Both the position numbers and the translations under genes were made by a program. Under the pieces are notes generated by a model that saw nothing but the letters and a program-made list of their open reading frames with translations, had not been told where the DNA came from and searched no databases. A stretch of 64,000 nt of DNA from Cenarchaeum sp. (GTDB lineage Archaea > Thermoproteota > Nitrososphaeria > Nitrososphaerales > Nitrosopumilaceae). The stretch spans positions 1,088,001 to 1,152,000 of the forward strand of contig CBDESU010000002.1 of assembly GCA_965242695.1 (NCBI GenBank), written 5' to 3'. This document shows positions 31,527 through 40,191 of the stretch, piece by piece; the first letter of the stretch is position 1; the number at the start of each line of letters is the position of its first letter.

Positions 31527-32960
31527 ATGTTTGTGGAGAAGCGGCGCTACCAGTACTCTAGGGCGAGGTTTTTCGAGCGACAGCACGGCACCGAGTTTCT
31601 CCGGTTCGAGATGGACCAGATGCTGCGCTTTGCCGCGGCCAAGAAGGTGCGCGGCGATGCCGAGCTCGACGGCTACGTGGCGTGGATGCGCCCCCCGTAC
31701 TTTGTCCTGCTTCCGACGCCCACCACGTCGAGCATCTACGTGGTGTGCCGCGCCGCCGACGAGGTGCCGTACCCGGACATGAACGCATTCTCTACCGTGA
31801 AGGGCAAGATCGGGCCGGCCCTGCTGCCCGGCGGCCGCACGGGCCATGTCATGCAGGCCGAGAGGATCGAAGGGGCAAGGCCGGGGTTTGGGGAGATCGC
31901 GCCGGAGATATCGCACAAGGAGTTTGTCGGACTGCTGTTTGAAAAGTGGCGCAACGTGGCCGAGACGACGCAACAGCTTGTCGCGCACACCCTGACCAGC
32001 TCGCCCGACCTGCCGGGGAGGCGCACGGGCGGCTTTACCGTCACGATCGACGCCCTCTCGAAGAGCGCGATTCTCAGCACGCTTGCCGCCGACCTGCGCC
32101 GCTTCGTGCCGGCCGAGGTCAGGGCGGGCAGGCGCCTGTCCGTCAGCCTGCCTGAGATGGGCTCGGCCGGTTCGGTGGCCGCCGCCAGGCTACCGCCCCT
32201 AGAGTGGGGCAGTAGCACGGCGCAGCTTGAGAGCATACCGGCCGCGGTGGACGCAAGGCTGGACAGGACTCTTGGCGGGGGCGGGTCGGCCGCGGCCGAG
32301 CACTCCATCACGCTGCTCAAGAAGGCCGGCGGCCCGCTCCCGCTCGGCCACCGGGGAGTGCGCATGTCCGACTATCCGGCCGTCCTCGAAGAGCACGTCG
32401 AGCGCCGCTCGCACTCGTACGACGCAAGCCCCGAGGTGTTCAAGTTCCTGCTTGCCGCAAGGATGCACCGGCCGGCGGTGAGCGCCGCCGTACTCGACTC
32501 CTCCGTCAAGGGGTACCGGGCGATGATCGAACGGTTCATCGGCGGCCACGAGTACCTCTCGGCCGCGGCGGGGAGCGGGCAGTTTCTAGACATGGGGTTT
32601 GGCGGCAGGCCGCTGTCGGTCTACAGCGTTGCCGCCTCGCTGGCTCGCTCGCGGGCGGCAGGCGGCGTGTCGGCAGGCGACATCGAGAGGGCGGGGGCCA
32701 TGTACATCGACAACCTCAAGGAGGTCTTTGACGTGATACACGACGGAGCGTACGACAAGTTCTCGGCGCGGGCGCCCATAAAGTACGACGAGAGGAGGGT
32801 CTTTGTCTACCTTGACGAGCATCCCGGGAGCTCGGTGTCCGACGTGTCGGACGCCGTGCAGCTTGCGCCGGACGAGGCCAGCCGTCTGATCGACTCGCTG
32901 CACAAGAAGGGGCTGCTGTACGAGCCTGCCGCGGGGCGGCACAGCGCCATTCCGATCTGA
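31527..32960 (+). CDS. Degenerate (ATPase-dead) MCM-like protein with C-terminal winged helix
   Basis: Lid segments KFLLAARMHRPAVS and RPLSVYSVAASLAR.....VSAGDIERA and the wH end GLLYEP..G parallel the MCM in this window; Walker A/B are eroded. Confidence 0.6.
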   Translation: MFVEKRRYQYSRARFFERQHGTEFLRFEMDQMLRFAAAKKVRGDAELDGYVAWMRPPYFVLLPTPTTSSIYVVCRAADEVPYPDMNAFSTVKGKIGPALLPGGRTGHVMQAERIEGARPGFGEIAPEISHKEFVGLLFEKWRNVAETTQQLVAHTLTSSPDLPGRRTGGFTVTIDALSKSAILSTLAADLRRFVPAEVRAGRRLSVSLPEMGSAGSVAAARLPPLEWGSSTAQLESIPAAVDARLDRTLGGGGSAAAEHSITLLKKAGGPLPLGHRGVRMSDYPAVLEEHVERRSHSYDASPEVFKFLLAARMHRPAVSAAVLDSSVKGYRAMIERFIGGHEYLSAAAGSGQFLDMGFGGRPLSVYSVAASLARSRAAGGVSAGDIERAGAMYIDNLKEVFDVIHDGAYDKFSARAPIKYDERRVFVYLDEHPGSSVSDVSDAVQLAPDEASRLIDSLHKKGLLYEPAAGRHSAIPI

Positions 32961-33140
32961 GCCGCTGCTTGGTTACACCCATCTGCTCGGATGAGCCGGG
33001 CGCATGGCTGGAGGCATGCTGGACGACGCTGGCACAAACCGCCCGTCACGCTCCCCGGCTGTAACCTGAAGGGGATCATGGCATGCCTGCAACCGCTGGC
33101 TCAACGACCCATCGGGGGCAATAAGCAATGAATGTGTAGG

Positions 33141-33218
33141 CCCTGTACCCACATCAGCCCCAGGTAAGTCGCCGACGATCACCGACGATCGCCGACCCTG
33201 AGGGTTCGGATACAGGGT
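33141..33218 (-). ncRNA. Putative structured small RNA, copy 2
   Basis: Same conserved blocks as copy 1 with a longer apical hairpin; TTATATA begins 28 nt upstream (33246-33240). Confidence 0.6.
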
Positions 33219-33403
33219 GCCTGAGAGGTGGCGCGGTGGTATATAAGCATACGTCCACCTGTCTGCCCGTGGCCTGCTGGATGGTGCCGTTGCGGCATTT
33301 TCGGCCTTGTACACAGCGCCGTGCGGGTGTCTCATAGACGTAGCGGGCTGCGGGCGGGTGCCGTGTGTCCACCTTGCCCCCCATCTAGCATGCACGCTCT
33401 TGT

Positions 33404-34057
33404 TCAAAACGCGGCACTTGCCGCCGCCCCGTCGACGTTGATGATGCCGCCAGACAGGTACTTTATCCTGTTGCGGACGACGGATGCGACCAGCGCCCCG
33501 ATCTCGCGCGGCTCGCCGAGCCGGCCCATGGGCAGCCCTTCTGCGAACTTGTCGATGTCGTCGACGAGCTCGCGCATGCGGTCGGTGTTGGTTGGCCCCG
33601 GAGCTATGTTCACGCAGCTGATGCCGTCTCGAGCGTACGACGCGCTGAGCACCTTGAAGACGCTGCTGAACGCAGCCCTGTACGCGCCGGACACGACTAG
33701 CCGTGGGCTCGGCTCCCTGACCACGCTCGACGTTATGGCGAAGATGTAGCCGTCCTTCCTGACCCGTATGCCGCGCAGCAGCGAGCAGAACCCCGTGAAA
33801 AGCTGGTCGTGGTATTTGTCCCATTCATCCTCGGAGACTTCGCCGAATTCCTTAGGCGGCGGGCCGCCCGTGTTGAGGACTAGCACGTCCGTCCCGTTCT
33901 GGCCGTGCCGCTCGACAAAGCCCCTGACGCTCGCCCTGCTAGATGTGTCGATGTCGGCCCTAGATGTGGCCAGCACGTTGCACCCGTCTGCGCGCAGCGC
34001 GTCGGCTACGGCCCTGCCGATCCCCTTTGACCCCCCTATGACTATCGCATCAGCCAT
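33404..34057 (-). CDS. SDR-family oxidoreductase
   Basis: Motifs VIGGSKGIG, DVLVLNTGGPPP, NIAPG...TDR, PMGRLGEP.E and INVDG; ATG 34057. Confidence 0.9.
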   Translation of the reverse strand: MADAIVIGGSKGIGRAVADALRADGCNVLATSRADIDTSSRASVRGFVERHGQNGTDVLVLNTGGPPPKEFGEVSEDEWDKYHDQLFTGFCSLLRGIRVRKDGYIFAITSSVVREPSPRLVVSGAYRAAFSSVFKVLSASYARDGISCVNIAPGPTNTDRMRELVDDIDKFAEGLPMGRLGEPREIGALVASVVRNRIKYLSGGIINVDGAAASAAF

Positions 34058-34163
34058 GCTCGTCGGGCGGGCGCCGGGCGAGGCCGTTAAATCTGTATCA
34101 TGCCCCCAGCATCGCGCGCAGGGCCGAGATAATGTTGATGTGCGCGCCGCCGGGGGGCCGGCC

Positions 34164-34313
34164 GTGAACAGGCACGCCACCGTCGTGAACATTGCAAGGG
34201 ACGAGGATGGCGGGTACGTCGCGACCGCGCCCACCCTGCCGGTCTGCATATCCCCGGGAGAGACGATTGCACTGGCCTAGGAAAACCTGGCAGAGGCCAT
34301 ATCGCTGTACTAG
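34164..34313 (+). pseudogene. HicB-like antitoxin (UPF0150) pseudogene
   Basis: Reads VVNIARDEDGGYVATAPTLPVCISPGETIALA*ENLAEAISLY*, with TAG at 34278 and 34311; no hicA nearby. Confidence 0.75.
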
Positions 34314-34548
34314 AGTATCTTTTGGAACAGGGCGAGATGCTCCCGCCAGGCCTGGCCGCCGACCCACCCCCTCAACCGCCGCCATCAGCGTGCAGGAAGG
34401 GCGCCGGCGCAAAGATCAGCGACCTGCCGGCCTGGCCGCCGGCATGAGGACTGCCGCCGTCCCCTGACTCGGCTTGGGCGTGGGGATTCCACCGGGCCTG
34501 CACTCGCATTCCACCGGGCGCGGCGGCCGCCCGCGACTGCCTCGACCG

Positions 34549-34797
34549 CTAGGCCTCGCTGATGTCTATGACCGTGCCGAGAACCGAGTCCATTCTGACG
34601 ACGGCCTTTTTGGCGCCGCCGCTCCCCCAGCCGAGGGCCACGTACCAGTCGCCCGAGTCCTCATGGTACAGGGTCTCGAGTGTCTCGAACCGCCCGCCGG
34701 CGTCGGGGTGCCTCTTGGACGCGGCCGAGACCGCTAGCGAGACGGCCGACTCCTCGGTCTCTATCCGCCTCTTCATGAGGCCGATGCCGGGGCTCAT
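34549..34797 (-). CDS. Small hypothetical protein (PepSY-like pattern)
   Basis: ITEE.A...A, WYV and V.MD...G.V pattern; TTATAT box at about 34822. Confidence 0.55.
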   Translation of the reverse strand: MSPGIGLMKRRIETEESAVSLAVSAASKRHPDAGGRFETLETLYHEDSGDWYVALGWGSGGAKKAVVRMDSVLGTVIDISEA

Positions 34798-34958
34798 GCC
34801 CGCCGCCCTGCCGGCTGCGAATATAACCGTGCCGCCCGTGCGGGATGCAATGGCCCTGCCTCGTCGTTGGGTGGCGGCCGCGATGCCTGCGGTCGCTTGC
34901 GCGAGGCGCATTGGCTCGTCATTTAACGCATAAATACAACTGACCTGGCTTGCCGGCC

Positions 34959-35276
34959 GTGAGCCGGCAAGCCAGCATCGTCCGTCCGAGCACAAAGGGG
35001 TACAGACTCAAGAACGTCTACTTTATGGTGCGGTGCGAGAGGGATGAGCACGACGACTGTTCGTCGATGCGCAACGCGGTGTTCAACAGCTACCCGAGCA
35101 TCATGTCTGCGCGCAACTGCCGCGTCGCCCCAAACTTCAACAGGTTCTGCGTCACGGGCAAGGCGCTGGTCCTGAAGGAGAACCTTGCCGACTTTGAGCG
35201 CGCCCTCAAGAACGTCGTCACGGACGACCCGGAGCCGGTTGGCGTCGCCGAGCTTGACGTGCTGGTCAGTACGTGA
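34959..35276 (+). CDS. Small Lrp/AsnC ligand-binding (RAM)-like protein
   Basis: VYFMVRCE pattern with a beta-alpha-beta layout; ATAAATA promoter at about 34930; forms an operon with the HAD gene. Confidence 0.5.
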   Translation: MSRQASIVRPSTKGYRLKNVYFMVRCERDEHDDCSSMRNAVFNSYPSIMSARNCRVAPNFNRFCVTGKALVLKENLADFERALKNVVTDDPEPVGVAELDVLVST

Positions 35277-35280
35277 GTGA

Positions 35281-36258
35281 ATGCATGGGGGAATGTCTGT
35301 GTCTCTCCAGATACGACTGGCCGCAAGGTCGGGATCTTTGAACAAGCTTGTGTCGGCCATCGTCGACAACCGTAGCCGCTTCCCCAACGTGCAGGAAATC
35401 GTGCGGTGCCGGGCGCTCGGGAGCGGCAAGTCATACGTGATAGTCACGTACAGGCATGGGTATGCGCCTTCCGCCGCTGGCATCGCCAAGATAACCAGCG
35501 CGTACATGGATCTTGGTTGCGTGGCGGATGCCACGGTGATCGGAACGCCGGACAAGTTTGCTGCTACGAGATTCGGCAACACACTGCATTTTTTCTTTGA
35601 TGTAGACAGCACGCTGACAGAGGGCAATTGCCTCATATTGAACAAGGTGCGCAAGACTTTTAAGAAGATGGTCCGGGACGGGCACAGAATCTACCTCGTG
35701 TCGGGCCGCCACGCAGATCAGCTCCGGCCGGATGCCAAAAGCCTTGGGATAGAGCCGCTGGGAATAGCAGAGAACGGGGGACTCATAACCCTCCCTTCGC
35801 CCTCTGAAAGGATCACACTTGGAGATCGATCCGAGCCTGACGAAGTACTGCACTACATGATAATCCACTGCCCCAAGGTAAGGGAGGATGTTTCCCAAGC
35901 AATGCGGATAACCGAGAGGATATTCCTTAGGGGCGTATCGGAGACCAAGTTCAGAGAGTACGTCAAAAAGTCCAAGGCGAACGTCGACGTCCTGTCCAGC
36001 AAAACTTCTTACCACGTGGCAAAGCGAGGCGTCAACAAGGGATCCGCGCTTGAGGAGCTAAAAGCACGCCTCAAGTTTGGCAAGTACGACATTGCCGTCG
36101 GTGTAGGCGACAGCGACTTGGACGTGCCCATGTTCGAGAAGTCCAACTGGAGCTTTGCGGTGCACAACGCATCGAGTCGCGCAAAAAAGGCCGCTACGGT
36201 GGTTCTCGAGGGAAGCTATGGCGACGGCGTCGCCGAGATATACGACCGGTGGCTGTAG
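35281..36258 (+). CDS. HAD-IIB phosphatase (phosphoglycolate phosphatase-like) with N-terminal extension
   Basis: Motifs FFDVDSTLT, LVSGR, IAENGG, GVNKG and GDSDLDVPMF. Confidence 0.88.
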   Translation: MHGGMSVSLQIRLAARSGSLNKLVSAIVDNRSRFPNVQEIVRCRALGSGKSYVIVTYRHGYAPSAAGIAKITSAYMDLGCVADATVIGTPDKFAATRFGNTLHFFFDVDSTLTEGNCLILNKVRKTFKKMVRDGHRIYLVSGRHADQLRPDAKSLGIEPLGIAENGGLITLPSPSERITLGDRSEPDEVLHYMIIHCPKVREDVSQAMRITERIFLRGVSETKFREYVKKSKANVDVLSSKTSYHVAKRGVNKGSALEELKARLKFGKYDIAVGVGDSDLDVPMFEKSNWSFAVHNASSRAKKAATVVLEGSYGDGVAEIYDRWL

Positions 36259-36469
36259 CAGGCAGCATCGCGGTCGCAGGCGCCTGTGTGCCACGTCGGC
36301 GGTGGTGGAGCGGTGCACTGGAGGGAGCGCGGGAGCCAGCTCTTGATGGATGGCAAGTAACAGGAGGCTTTGATCCCGTCGAGCGCACCGGTAGCGCGCT
36401 TGACGCAGGACGCCGACTTGGCCGGCGCGCCCCTGAGGGTTTCATAGCGCCTGCACCTTGATGGATGGA

Positions 36470-36544
36470 AGGGCCCGGAGGGCTTCGATCCCCCGGCCTG
36501 GCGGTCCGAAGCCGCCCGCACTGTCCAGACTGTGCTACGAGCCC
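36470..36544 (-). tRNA. tRNA-Arg(TCG)
   Basis: GGGCTCGTAGCACAGTCTGGACAGTGCG-GGCGG-CTTCGGA-CCGCC-AGGCC-GGGGGATCGAAGCCCTC-CGGGCCC. Confidence 0.92.
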
Positions 36545-36584
36545 GCCCGGTAGGAATTTAACGGCATAAAATACATGTCGGGCC

Positions 36585-37772
36585 GTGAAGGTGTCCGGGA
36601 GGGTGGCAGGCGTAGAGTACGCCATACGCGACATCGTCGCCGCCGCGCGGCGGCTAGAGGCGGCCGGCCGCAGCATCGACTACCTGAACATCGGCGACCC
36701 TGTCCAGTACGGCTTCCAGCCGCCCGAGCACGTCCGCGAGGCGTACGTGGGGGCCATACGCGCCGGCCTCAACTACTACTCGGACTCGGAGGGCCTGCCC
36801 GAGCTGCGCGCCGAGATCGCCTCCCGCGAGCGCTCAAAGGGCCTCGATGCCTCCCCCGACGGCGTGGTCGTGACCAACGGCGTCTCCGAGGCCCTCGACA
36901 TGGTCGTCTCGTCGATCGTAGAGGACGGCGACGAGGTGCTGCTGCCAGGCCCCTACTACCCGCCGTACGCGTCGTACGTCCGGCTGCACGGCGGCGTTCC
37001 CGTAGAGTTTGCCGTCGACGCAGAGAGCGCCTCGCCCGACATCGACGACATGCGCTCAAAGATCACGGAGCATACGGTGGCCATCTGCCTGATCAGCCCG
37101 AACAACCCGACGGGGGCCGTGTTCGGAGAGCGGGCGCTCGGCCGGCTCGTCGACCTTGCCGCCGAGCACGGCCTGTACGTCGTGTGCGACGAGATATACG
37201 ACGAGATCGTCTTCGGCGGGAGGTTCGCCGGGATAGGCAGGGTCGCCTCGGACGCGCCCGTCGTCCTGCTCAACGGCTTCTCAAAGGTGCGGCTCATGTC
37301 GGGTTGGCGCGTAGGGTACGTCGCGTTCAACGACGCGTGCGCCGCGCTCGGGCCCCTCCGCGAGAACCTCCCAAAGCTCGCGCGCGTGCGCATATCGACG
37401 AACCTGCCGGTGCAGCACGCCGCCCTGGCGTCGCTGCGCGGGCCGCACGACTACATCGGCAGGTTCGTCTCCGAGGTGCGCCGAAGGCGGGACCTGGCAG
37501 TCGGGCGCCTCAACTCGATCGAGGGCCTGTCGTGCCCCGAGCCCGGCGGTGCGTTCTACGCGTTTCCCCGCATAGACGACTGCAAGGCCAGGTTCGGCTC
37601 GGACGAGCGCTTCGTCATGGGCCTGCTCGAGAAAAAGGGCGTCCTTGCCGTGCACGGATCGGGGTTTGGCTCGCAGTACGGGTCGGGCCACTTTCGCATA
37701 GTGTACCTGCCAGGCGAGGACGTGCTAGACAGGGCGCTTGCGGGGATCGAAGAGTTCGTGGCGGGGCGATGA
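36585..37772 (+). CDS. PLP-dependent aminotransferase class I/II (alanine aminotransferase-like)
   Basis: Motifs YAIRD, LNIGDP, NGVSE, PNNPTG, DEIY and GFSK..MSGWRVGY. Confidence 0.92.
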   Translation: MKVSGRVAGVEYAIRDIVAAARRLEAAGRSIDYLNIGDPVQYGFQPPEHVREAYVGAIRAGLNYYSDSEGLPELRAEIASRERSKGLDASPDGVVVTNGVSEALDMVVSSIVEDGDEVLLPGPYYPPYASYVRLHGGVPVEFAVDAESASPDIDDMRSKITEHTVAICLISPNNPTGAVFGERALGRLVDLAAEHGLYVVCDEIYDEIVFGGRFAGIGRVASDAPVVLLNGFSKVRLMSGWRVGYVAFNDACAALGPLRENLPKLARVRISTNLPVQHAALASLRGPHDYIGRFVSEVRRRRDLAVGRLNSIEGLSCPEPGGAFYAFPRIDDCKARFGSDERFVMGLLEKKGVLAVHGSGFGSQYGSGHFRIVYLPGEDVLDRALAGIEEFVAGR

Positions 37773-37786
37773 CCGCGCGCGGCAGG

Positions 37787-38200
37787 TCAGTATGTCCACG
37801 TGGCGTACGCGCCCTCGTCGGGCTCTATCTCTATGATGCAGTCGGTCTCGTTGAGCAGCTCTACGGCCGCCGGCGCGTCGAGCGACTCAAAGTACCGCGA
37901 CAGTATGGACCTTGCGATGCGGCGCACGGCGCGCGGCTCGGTGAGCACGCGGGCCGCGCCGCGCCCGTACACGCCGGCGATGTCTGGCGAGTTGACGCCG
38001 ACGTCGACGCAGAACGCGGCGCGGCCGGATGCGGCAACGTTGCGCGCCTTCTTGGACCTTGACATCGTGCCGATACGGATGCGGCCGCCCGAGTAGCGGT
38101 ACCAGACGGGCGTCACGTGCATGTCGCCGGAAGAGTCGGCCGTGGCCAGGCGGAGCACCTTTTCCGAGCGCAGGAACGCGGCACGGTTGAGCTTTTTCAC
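37787..38200 (-). CDS. Pyridoxamine 5'-phosphate oxidase-family (probably F420-dependent) protein
   Basis: Motifs LRLAT...G..HVTPVWY, KKARN and G.A. Confidence 0.85.
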   Translation of the reverse strand: MKKLNRAAFLRSEKVLRLATADSSGDMHVTPVWYRYSGGRIRIGTMSRSKKARNVAASGRAAFCVDVGVNSPDIAGVYGRGAARVLTEPRAVRRIARSILSRYFESLDAPAAVELLNETDCIIEIEPDEGAYATWTY

Positions 38201-38219
38201 CGCACATCCCCCCAAGAGG

Positions 38220-38489
38220 TCACGGCTGCAGCCCGCCGGGCCGGTCCCGAGGCTCCTCGACTGGCCCCGTCGGCCTGCGCATGCCCCACGCGACGAGCGC
38301 GCACCCGAAGGCGATCATCGCCACCGAGACCTTTTCGTTGGTGATGTCGGGGCCGACGAGAAAGTCGAGAACAAAGTCCGGCGTCCATATTATGACCTGC
38401 CTTACCAGGACGACGGCGGCGGACACGATGAACAGCAGGCCCATCGCGGTGTGCCAATTCCTGCCTCGCCTCGCGTACTCTGGGCACAT
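38220..38489 (-). CDS. Small two-TM membrane protein
   Basis: Two hydrophobic helices; operonic position between npdG and the PPOX gene. Confidence 0.65.
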   Translation of the reverse strand: MCPEYARRGRNWHTAMGLLFIVSAAVVLVRQVIIWTPDFVLDFLVGPDITNEKVSVAMIAFGCALVAWGMRRPTGPVEEPRDRPGGLQP

Positions 38490-38505
38490 GCGCCAACCCC
38501 TTTAC

Positions 38506-39231
38506 CTATACCACCTTGATCCCGGGGTTCTTGATGCCGTTGCGGATCATGGCGTTGAGCAGGATGGGCGTGGCGATCTCGGCCATGTAGGCGAGCGGGC
38601 CGGGGCCGAGGAAGATGGGCCGGAGGCCCTCTATCTGGCGCACCAGGTCGCTGACGGCGGCGACGGCCCCGTCAGAGTCGCCGCACACGAACACGTCGTA
38701 GTCCAGCGCAAGCGCCGTGTTTGCCAGCTTCTTTTCGGATATGACGTGAAAGGCGGACACGACGGGGGTCGACTCGCGGGCGTGGCCCGACACGAGCTCG
38801 TGCGAGGTCGGCTTGCCGTCCCGGACCGGCAGGAACTCGAACCCGACGGCGGTCTTTTCCATGGGGACGATCGGCGAGACGACCACGCACCCGTCGGGCG
38901 CGGCGGCCAAGACGGCGGGGCACGTCGAGTCTATGTTCCCGTAGGGTATGGACAGGACCAGGACGTCGCTGCCGCGGGCCGCATCCTCGTTGGACGCCCC
39001 CTTGATCGAGCCGCCGATCGCGCCGTACGCCTCGGCCGCGGCCGCCGCGTACTCTGACGCCGCGGCCGACGCCCTGCCGGCGTCGCGCGAGCCGACCAGT
39101 ATGTCGTTGTGCCTGCACCAGCGCAGCGCAAAGCCCCTGCCCATGCCGCCGGTGCCGCCGATTATCCCTATGCGCCGCCTGGCCGGCTGCCCGCCCGCGT
39201 CCCCCTCGGCGCCGCCGTCTCCCACGCCCAC
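38506..39231 (-). CDS. npdG: NADPH-dependent F420 reductase
   Basis: Motifs IGIIGGTGGMG.G.ALR, GSRD, VVSAFH and DVFVCGD. Confidence 0.9.
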   Translation of the reverse strand: MGVGDGGAEGDAGGQPARRRIGIIGGTGGMGRGFALRWCRHNDILVGSRDAGRASAAASEYAAAAAEAYGAIGGSIKGASNEDAARGSDVLVLSIPYGNIDSTCPAVLAAAPDGCVVVSPIVPMEKTAVGFEFLPVRDGKPTSHELVSGHARESTPVVSAFHVISEKKLANTALALDYDVFVCGDSDGAVAAVSDLVRQIEGLRPIFLGPGPLAYMAEIATPILLNAMIRNGIKNPGIKVV

Positions 39232-39275
39232 GCCCCGCCAATGTTATTATTATCTCTATGGGCCGGCGCGCCCAG

Positions 39276-39947
39276 TTGACCCTGGTGGTCCTTATGAGGC
39301 ACGGCCAGGCCTCGAACAATGTAAAGCGGGTCCTTGCGGGCCGCTCGCCGGGGTTTCCGCTCACCGACGAGGGGCGGCGCCAGGCCTCGGCGGCGGCCGA
39401 GCTGCTCTCGGACATGCGCATATCGAGGGTGCTGACGAGCCCCGTCGAGAGGGCCGCCAGCACGGCCGGGATCGTCTCTGGCCGCATCGGGGTCGAGCCC
39501 GAGCCCGACGAGAGGCTGATCGAGCTGGACATGGGCAAGTTCACGGGCATGGCGTACGACGAGATACTGTCCAAGCACGGCAACGTCTTTGAAAAGTTCT
39601 ACTCGGGCGACCTAGAGCTTGCCCACAGGGGCGTCGAGACGTTCGACATGGTCAAGAAGCGCGTCATGGGGCTCGTCGACGAGCTCGGCGGGGGCGCGTC
39701 CGGCCAGGGGGCGGCTGATCCGGCAGGCGCCGCAGGCGCCGGCGGGGGCGGGGGCAACGTGCTGCTGGTCACCCACATGGACCCCATCAAGGCCGTTCTG
39801 TCCGCCGCGGCCGGCCTGGACTCGGACCTGTTGCTCAACCTGGTCGTGGCCAACGCCTCCCTTACGGTCTTTGTACGGCACGAGGGCCGCCTGTGGCTCA
39901 AGGCCCTCAACGTCCTCGAGCCGCGCCGGTACGCCGAGCAGTGGTAG
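39276..39947 (+). CDS. Histidine phosphatase (phosphoglycerate mutase family)
   Basis: Motifs RHGQ, SPVERA, LIELDMG, VTH and NAS; TTG 39276 chosen from TATA spacing. Confidence 0.88.
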   Translation: MTLVVLMRHGQASNNVKRVLAGRSPGFPLTDEGRRQASAAAELLSDMRISRVLTSPVERAASTAGIVSGRIGVEPEPDERLIELDMGKFTGMAYDEILSKHGNVFEKFYSGDLELAHRGVETFDMVKKRVMGLVDELGGGASGQGAADPAGAAGAGGGGGNVLLVTHMDPIKAVLSAAAGLDSDLLLNLVVANASLTVFVRHEGRLWLKALNVLEPRRYAEQW

Positions 39948-39950
39948 GGG

Positions 39951-40031
39951 GCTCCGCCCCGCTCCGCCGCGCCCTCTGCACCTTGCCGCCCCGCTCCGCC
40001 CCGCTCCGCCGCGCCCTCTGCACCTTGCCGC
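39951..40031. repeat. 42-bp tandem duplication, intergenic
   Basis: GCTCCGCCCCGCTCCGCCGCGCCCTCTGCACCTTGCCGC at 39951 and 39993. Confidence 0.8.
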
Positions 40032-40191
40032 TCCGCCGCCGCCACGCCGGCCCTTGCGACCCCTAGGCGCGCCTTGGGGTCGGGCGCCCGTCGGCGCCCT
40101 CCCAGGCCTCCTGCGCCCCGCCTAGGCGCCCCGCCCCGCCGCGCCCCGCCCAACGCTTAAATTGAATTTGAGCGGCGCGCGCACAATCAGC

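Noticed and set aside
30767-33218. Assigning the repeated RNA as a hammerhead or HDV ribozyme, fluoride riboswitch, C/D or H/ACA guide, or Y RNA
   Set aside because: There are only partial echoes (GAA, CUGAUG, CGA after a hairpin, ACA after one copy only). The required stems or boxes are missing in at least one copy, and no Ro60 gene is nearby.
34278-34313. Genome-wide TAG recoding (Leu or pyrrolysine)
   Set aside because: TAG is the normal stop of many clear genes here (coxA, mcm, rfcS, ferredoxins), no pyl genes are seen, and simple mutations explain the HicB stops.
23870-36470. Single intact integrative element or provirus at tRNA-Arg
   Set aside because: No integrase, capsid or conjugation genes and no distal att copy; the region is a mosaic that includes host-like genes such as the SDR.
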